Source: Amoeboradix gromovi X-113 (Eukaryota > Fungi > Sanchytriomycota). Taken from it: DNA of 11,662 nt. Position numbers and translations under genes: made by a program. The stretch's first letter is position 1. Each line of letters opens with the position of its first letter. Below are positions 8,143 to 11,662 of the stretch, in pieces. Below the pieces are notes generated by a model. That model was not told the origin of the DNA. It ran no database searches and was given only the letters and a program-made list of their open reading frames with translations. The stretch lies in contig JADGIF010000287.1 in NCBI GenBank assembly GCA_018985225.1, forward strand, positions 1 through 11,662, in the 5' to 3' direction.

Positions 8143-8459
8143 CAAATGTCGATTTTCAATCTTTTTGTGAAAGATATGAAAACACTAAATAATTTCAATG
8201 CATTGTAAATTTATAGAAATCTCTGTCCCGGTGTTTATTGACATCGTATAAGTTTTTTTAAAAAGCCCACTTTATCTGACTTGGAAATGTCTGTATATTT
8301 GACATATTTTTGTTGAGATCAGCATTGAGACAATTTCAATATGACGAAAAGAAAGAAAATCGGGAGCTTGTACGATAATAATGGTTTAGTAAGATAGTAT
8401 ATTAGAGCGATATAGCTCATTTAATTAAAATTGATAGCTGTTCGAATAATTTTCAAAAC

Positions 8460-10103
8460 ATGGATAGCGAAATAGCACACAAATTAGCAATTCATCAAAA
8501 AGAAACGGAATTCGATTTGAGGAAGCTTCTGAGTAATCCTGACAGATTTAAGGACTTCAGCAAAGCGATACAAACGGAAGGATTAGATATTTTAGTGGAT
8601 TTTAGCAAACATTTGGTGAATAAAGACACCATGGAATTATTGATAAAATTAGCAGAAAAAGTAGAGTTGCAAGAAAAGATAAAAGATATGTATCAAGGAA
8701 AGAAGATCAATGTGACCGAAGATAGAAGCGTATTACATGTTGCGCTGAGGCATCGTGGAACAGATGAGTTAGTAGTTGATGGACAAAATATTTATAAAGA
8801 TGTGAACTTGGAGTTAGGAAAGATGAAAGAGTTTACAAACCAAGTGATAAGCGGGAAATGGAAAGGATTCACTGGCAAGGAAATTGAGCATGTTGTGAAT
8901 ATCGGGATTGGCGGTAGTGATTTAGGACCTGTAATGATAACAGAAGCGCTTAAGTCAAAGAAGTCCAGACTGGCTATGCACTTTGTTTCCAATATTGATG
9001 GGTCTCATCTAGCAGAGGTATTGAAAGTCATAAATCCCGAGACTACAATTGTTCTTATTGCTTCAAAAACTTTTACAACTCAAGAAACAATGACAAATGC
9101 TACCTCCGCTCGATCTTGGTTTTTAAAATATTTCAAAAGCACAAATGACGTTGCTAAACATTTTATTGCGCTTAGCACAAATGTTGCAAAAGCTGTGGAG
9201 TTCGGAATTGATGAGTCCAACATCTTCGGGTTCTGGGACTGGGTTGGTGGTAGATACTCGTTATGGAGTTCTATAGGACTTAGCATCTCACTTGGTATCG
9301 GCTATCACAATTTTGAGCAGTTGTTAAAAGGTGCTTATCTGATGGATGAGCATTTTATTAATACTCCTATCAAACATAATATTCCTGCATTGATGGGATT
9401 GCTTGGAGTTTGGTATAACAACTTCTGGAATTCTCAAACATTGTGTATTCTTCCTTATGATCAGTATATGCACCGATTTAGCGCTTATTTTCAACAAGGT
9501 GATATGGAAAGCAATGGAAAATCCGTCAATAAATCTAACAAACAGGTAGACTATCAAACTGGCCCCATTATATTTGGCGAGGCTGGCACCAACGGTCAAC
9601 ACGCGTTCTATCAATTAATACACCAGGGAACCAAACTTATTCCTTGCGATTTCATTGCACCGTGTATCTCACAAAACCCTATCACTACAGAGGGTGGATA
9701 CACACATCATGACATTTTATTGTCCAACTTCTTTGCCCAGCCAGAAGCACTCGCTTTAGGGAAAACAAGAGAAGAGGTGCAGAAAGAATTACCAGACAAT
9801 CAGAAAAACAATGAGACGCTTCTGGCACATAAGGTGTTCAAAGGTAATAAGCCTAGCACTTCAATAATGGTGAAAGAAATTGATCCTTTACATCTGGGAG
9901 CTCTAGTTGCAATGTACGAGCATAAGATATTTGTGCAGGGGACGATCTGGGATATTAACTCTTTTGATCAATGGGGAGTGGAACTGGGAAAGCAGCTGGC
10001 AAAAAGCATACTGCCAGAGTTGAAGTCCGAAAACGTATCTAGCCACGATTCATCAACAAATGGGTTAATCAATTTCTATTTGAGACATAAGAACAACGAG
10101 TAA
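8460..10103 (+). CDS. PGI1: Glucose-6-phosphate isomerase
   Basis: 547 aa with [63 protein letters not shown] and [13 protein letters not shown] signatures. Confidence 0.98.
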   Translation: MDSEIAHKLAIHQKETEFDLRKLLSNPDRFKDFSKAIQTEGLDILVDFSKHLVNKDTMELLIKLAEKVELQEKIKDMYQGKKINVTEDRSVLHVALRHRGTDELVVDGQNIYKDVNLELGKMKEFTNQVISGKWKGFTGKEIEHVVNIGIGGSDLGPVMITEALKSKKSRLAMHFVSNIDGSHLAEVLKVINPETTIVLIASKTFTTQETMTNATSARSWFLKYFKSTNDVAKHFIALSTNVAKAVEFGIDESNIFGFWDWVGGRYSLWSSIGLSISLGIGYHNFEQLLKGAYLMDEHFINTPIKHNIPALMGLLGVWYNNFWNSQTLCILPYDQYMHRFSAYFQQGDMESNGKSVNKSNKQVDYQTGPIIFGEAGTNGQHAFYQLIHQGTKLIPCDFIAPCISQNPITTEGGYTHHDILLSNFFAQPEALALGKTREEVQKELPDNQKNNETLLAHKVFKGNKPSTSIMVKEIDPLHLGALVAMYEHKIFVQGTIWDINSFDQWGVELGKQLAKSILPELKSENVSSHDSSTNGLINFYLRHKNNE

Positions 10104-10112
10104 ATACGGTTA

Positions 10113-10727
10113 TCATTTCAAAGAATTTATTACCCTGTTGAGCTTGCCAATTAGAATGAAATTGCATTCAAATTTAGAAACTATTTGATTGTGAAGGTAT
10201 AGAAATTGGCGATCAGTGAAGACTAGGTGCAGACTATCTTCAATAAAATAGCCTACTTCTATTTCCAAATTAATGGTACAACGAATAGCGACTGTGAATC
10301 TCGATTGTTTTAAATCGCATGATATACCGCTGTTCCTGAATCCTGCATTGAAAGACGCATTATGTAACACGACAGCAGACTCCATATCTCTACATGCTAC
10401 ATGCATTATGACCGGCTCGTATTTAAGTATTACACGCTCTGTAGGGTTTTGGACAACATCAGACATATAAACCGGATTGAAGTCCTTGAAATAGTCCTGT
10501 ATATTTGGAGGATCATGGGATACCAGAAGCCATTTACCAGATAATTTTTTGTCCAATTTTTCACCAGTTTTAGTCATCAAGACAACTCTACCGCTACAAC
10601 AGCTAGTGGTAAAGTAATTCTCCATGTTATTAATTGCATTGCATGTCTCTATCAGATGGTGGTCTATACTCTGCTTGTTAGATTTGTCCAGCTTCTCCAT
10701 TACAGATTTCTTTCTTTGTGCAAACAT
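10113..10727 (-). CDS. TYW3: tRNA wybutosine-synthesizing protein 3 (SAM-dependent methyltransferase)
   Basis: 204 aa with DKSxKxSID, IN..YFTTSCCSGRV, WLLVSHD, LKYEPVIMHVACRD, AGFRNSGI and VAIRC motifs. Confidence 0.92.
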   Translation of the reverse strand: MFAQRKKSVMEKLDKSNKQSIDHHLIETCNAINNMENYFTTSCCSGRVVLMTKTGEKLDKKLSGKWLLVSHDPPNIQDYFKDFNPVYMSDVVQNPTERVILKYEPVIMHVACRDMESAVVLHNASFNAGFRNSGISCDLKQSRFTVAIRCTINLEIEVGYFIEDSLHLVFTDRQFLYLHNQIVSKFECNFILIGKLNRVINSLK

Positions 10728-10812
10728 TTACCCCACTAGGTGTTTTGTTACATATATCTGCCAACAATTCACGTGCTTGGAGTACCACATCCACTTTGCA
10801 AATTCAAGAGCA

Positions 10813-11205
10813 ATGGCTCCTAGATTACGAAAACAGTTGAACCAATACTTCATTGATGCATCTTTGCCTTCTGCAGACAAAGTTTTTGACATTAAGCAGT
10901 TTGAAAAATACTTACATGACCATATCAAGCTAGAAGGAAAGACAAACAACCTCGGTGAATTAGTCAAAATTACCTTGAATAAGAACAGACTGGTGATTGA
11001 TGCCACAAACTTTACTCCATTGTACACCAATCCAAAGCAACAAAAATCTGGATCATCACCAAAGTTTTCCATCTCAAAGAAGGCTCTTAAGTACTACACC
11101 AAGAAATTCTTGAAAAAATCAAATTTAAGAGATCATTTGAGAGTTGTTTCGGAAGGTAAAAACGGATTTGTGTTAAAGTACTACAATGTCGATCAAGCTG
11201 AATAA
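10813..11205 (+). CDS. RPL22: 60S ribosomal protein eL22 (130 aa; true start is Met64 of the track ORF)
   Basis: MAPR..YFIDASLPSADKVFDIKQFEKYLHDHIKLEGKTNNLG..LKYYTKKFLKKSNLRDHLRVVS is the eL22 signature. The upstream 63 codons overlap TYW3 antisense and are not eL22-like. Confidence 0.92.
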   Translation: MAPRLRKQLNQYFIDASLPSADKVFDIKQFEKYLHDHIKLEGKTNNLGELVKITLNKNRLVIDATNFTPLYTNPKQQKSGSSPKFSISKKALKYYTKKFLKKSNLRDHLRVVSEGKNGFVLKYYNVDQAE

Positions 11206-11457
11206 ATTACTAACCAGTGCTACATTCTCTGGTTCCCAAGCATCAGTTTTGGATCCTTTATTTTATTTCTTGTTGCATTTTTTTGTAATTATTTGCGCTA
11301 ATATTATCTTTCTAAGTCCAAGTTTTCGTATTAATTGAATAAACCATTCGTCATCAATATATGACCTTGCGTCACTTCAATACTCTATCTTGCTAGCACC
11401 TACTAACCGAATAATACAAGACTAGGATAATGGTATTCCAGGAAAAGGTATTGGAGA

Positions 11458-11662
11458 TGGGACACCAAATATAAAAACTAGACTAACTCGTTTTTAAAGG
11501 AGGTGCTCCATACGGAGGAAATGCTATCGTTAATAAAAGATCTTCTTCTTTCAAACCAAGACTCTCTCATTGATTGTATTCCCTCTTCAAAATAAAAGTA
11601 GAAGACCCTGCATCTCGTTCAAATATATGAGGTCTTTGAGCATCTAAGCAAAAGGTGCATTT
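11458..11662 (-). mobile_element. Right copy of the Fanzor1-like element 3' end (coding 11567-11662, frameshifted) with candidate omegaRNA hairpin; truncated by the window edge
   Basis: Minus strand reads KCTFCLDAQRPHIFERDAGSSTFILKREYNQ*. Restoring a 1-nt deletion gives IQSMRESWFERRRSFINDSISSVWSTSFKNELV*. Same terminal hairpin as 202-254. Confidence 0.75.

Noticed and set aside
8210-8250. Minus-strand peptide KHRDRDFYK as a RuvC-III remnant upstream of scaffold copy B
   Set aside because: No preceding CxxC and no following AARN-like motif, so probably chance.
10624-10812. 63-aa N-terminal extension of the RPL22 ORF in the track
   Set aside because: It overlaps TYW3 antisense and is not eL22-like; the ATG at 10813 gives a typical MAP start.
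1553-11072. Short overlapping ORFs in the track (e.g. 1553-1759, 4598-4914, 5584-5853, 9324-9614, 10728-11072)
   Set aside because: Antisense or alternate-frame shadows of conserved genes, with no recognisable motifs.
11335-11348. TTGAATAAACCATT matching 13/14 to 262-275 as a target of the left-copy guide
   Set aside because: The scaffold-proximal part of the putative guide (255-261) does not match; the hit is short, AT-rich and contains AATAAA.
1-11662. CRISPR array, tRNA or rRNA genes
   Set aside because: No regularly spaced direct repeats, cloverleaf with A/B boxes or rRNA-like sequence seen by eye.

Overview
AT-rich, very gene-dense, apparently intron-free eukaryotic DNA (fungus-like; an early-diverging, compact-genome lineage is my guess). 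It carries five recognisable housekeeping genes (FIG4, SKI2, PGI1, TYW3, RPL22) and one 146-aa orphan ORF. The most interesting signal is absent from the ORF track: every large non-genic space holds a piece of a Fanzor (eukaryotic TnpB-like RNA-guided nuclease) element, from two families. (i) Both window edges are inverted copies of the 3' end of a Fanzor1-like gene (CxxC...ERDAGSSTFIL) followed by a conserved hairpin (57-254 on +, 11458-11662 on -). (ii) A decayed Fanzor2-type gene lies at about 3142-3461 with a structured tail to 3550, and a diverged copy of that tail alone sits at 8054-8142 on the - strand. This gives four candidate omegaRNA scaffolds, each followed by a different flank (candidate guide), arranged as two nested inward-pointing pairs. 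No intact Fanzor ORF is in the window. All family calls are by-eye motif recognition, not database searches.
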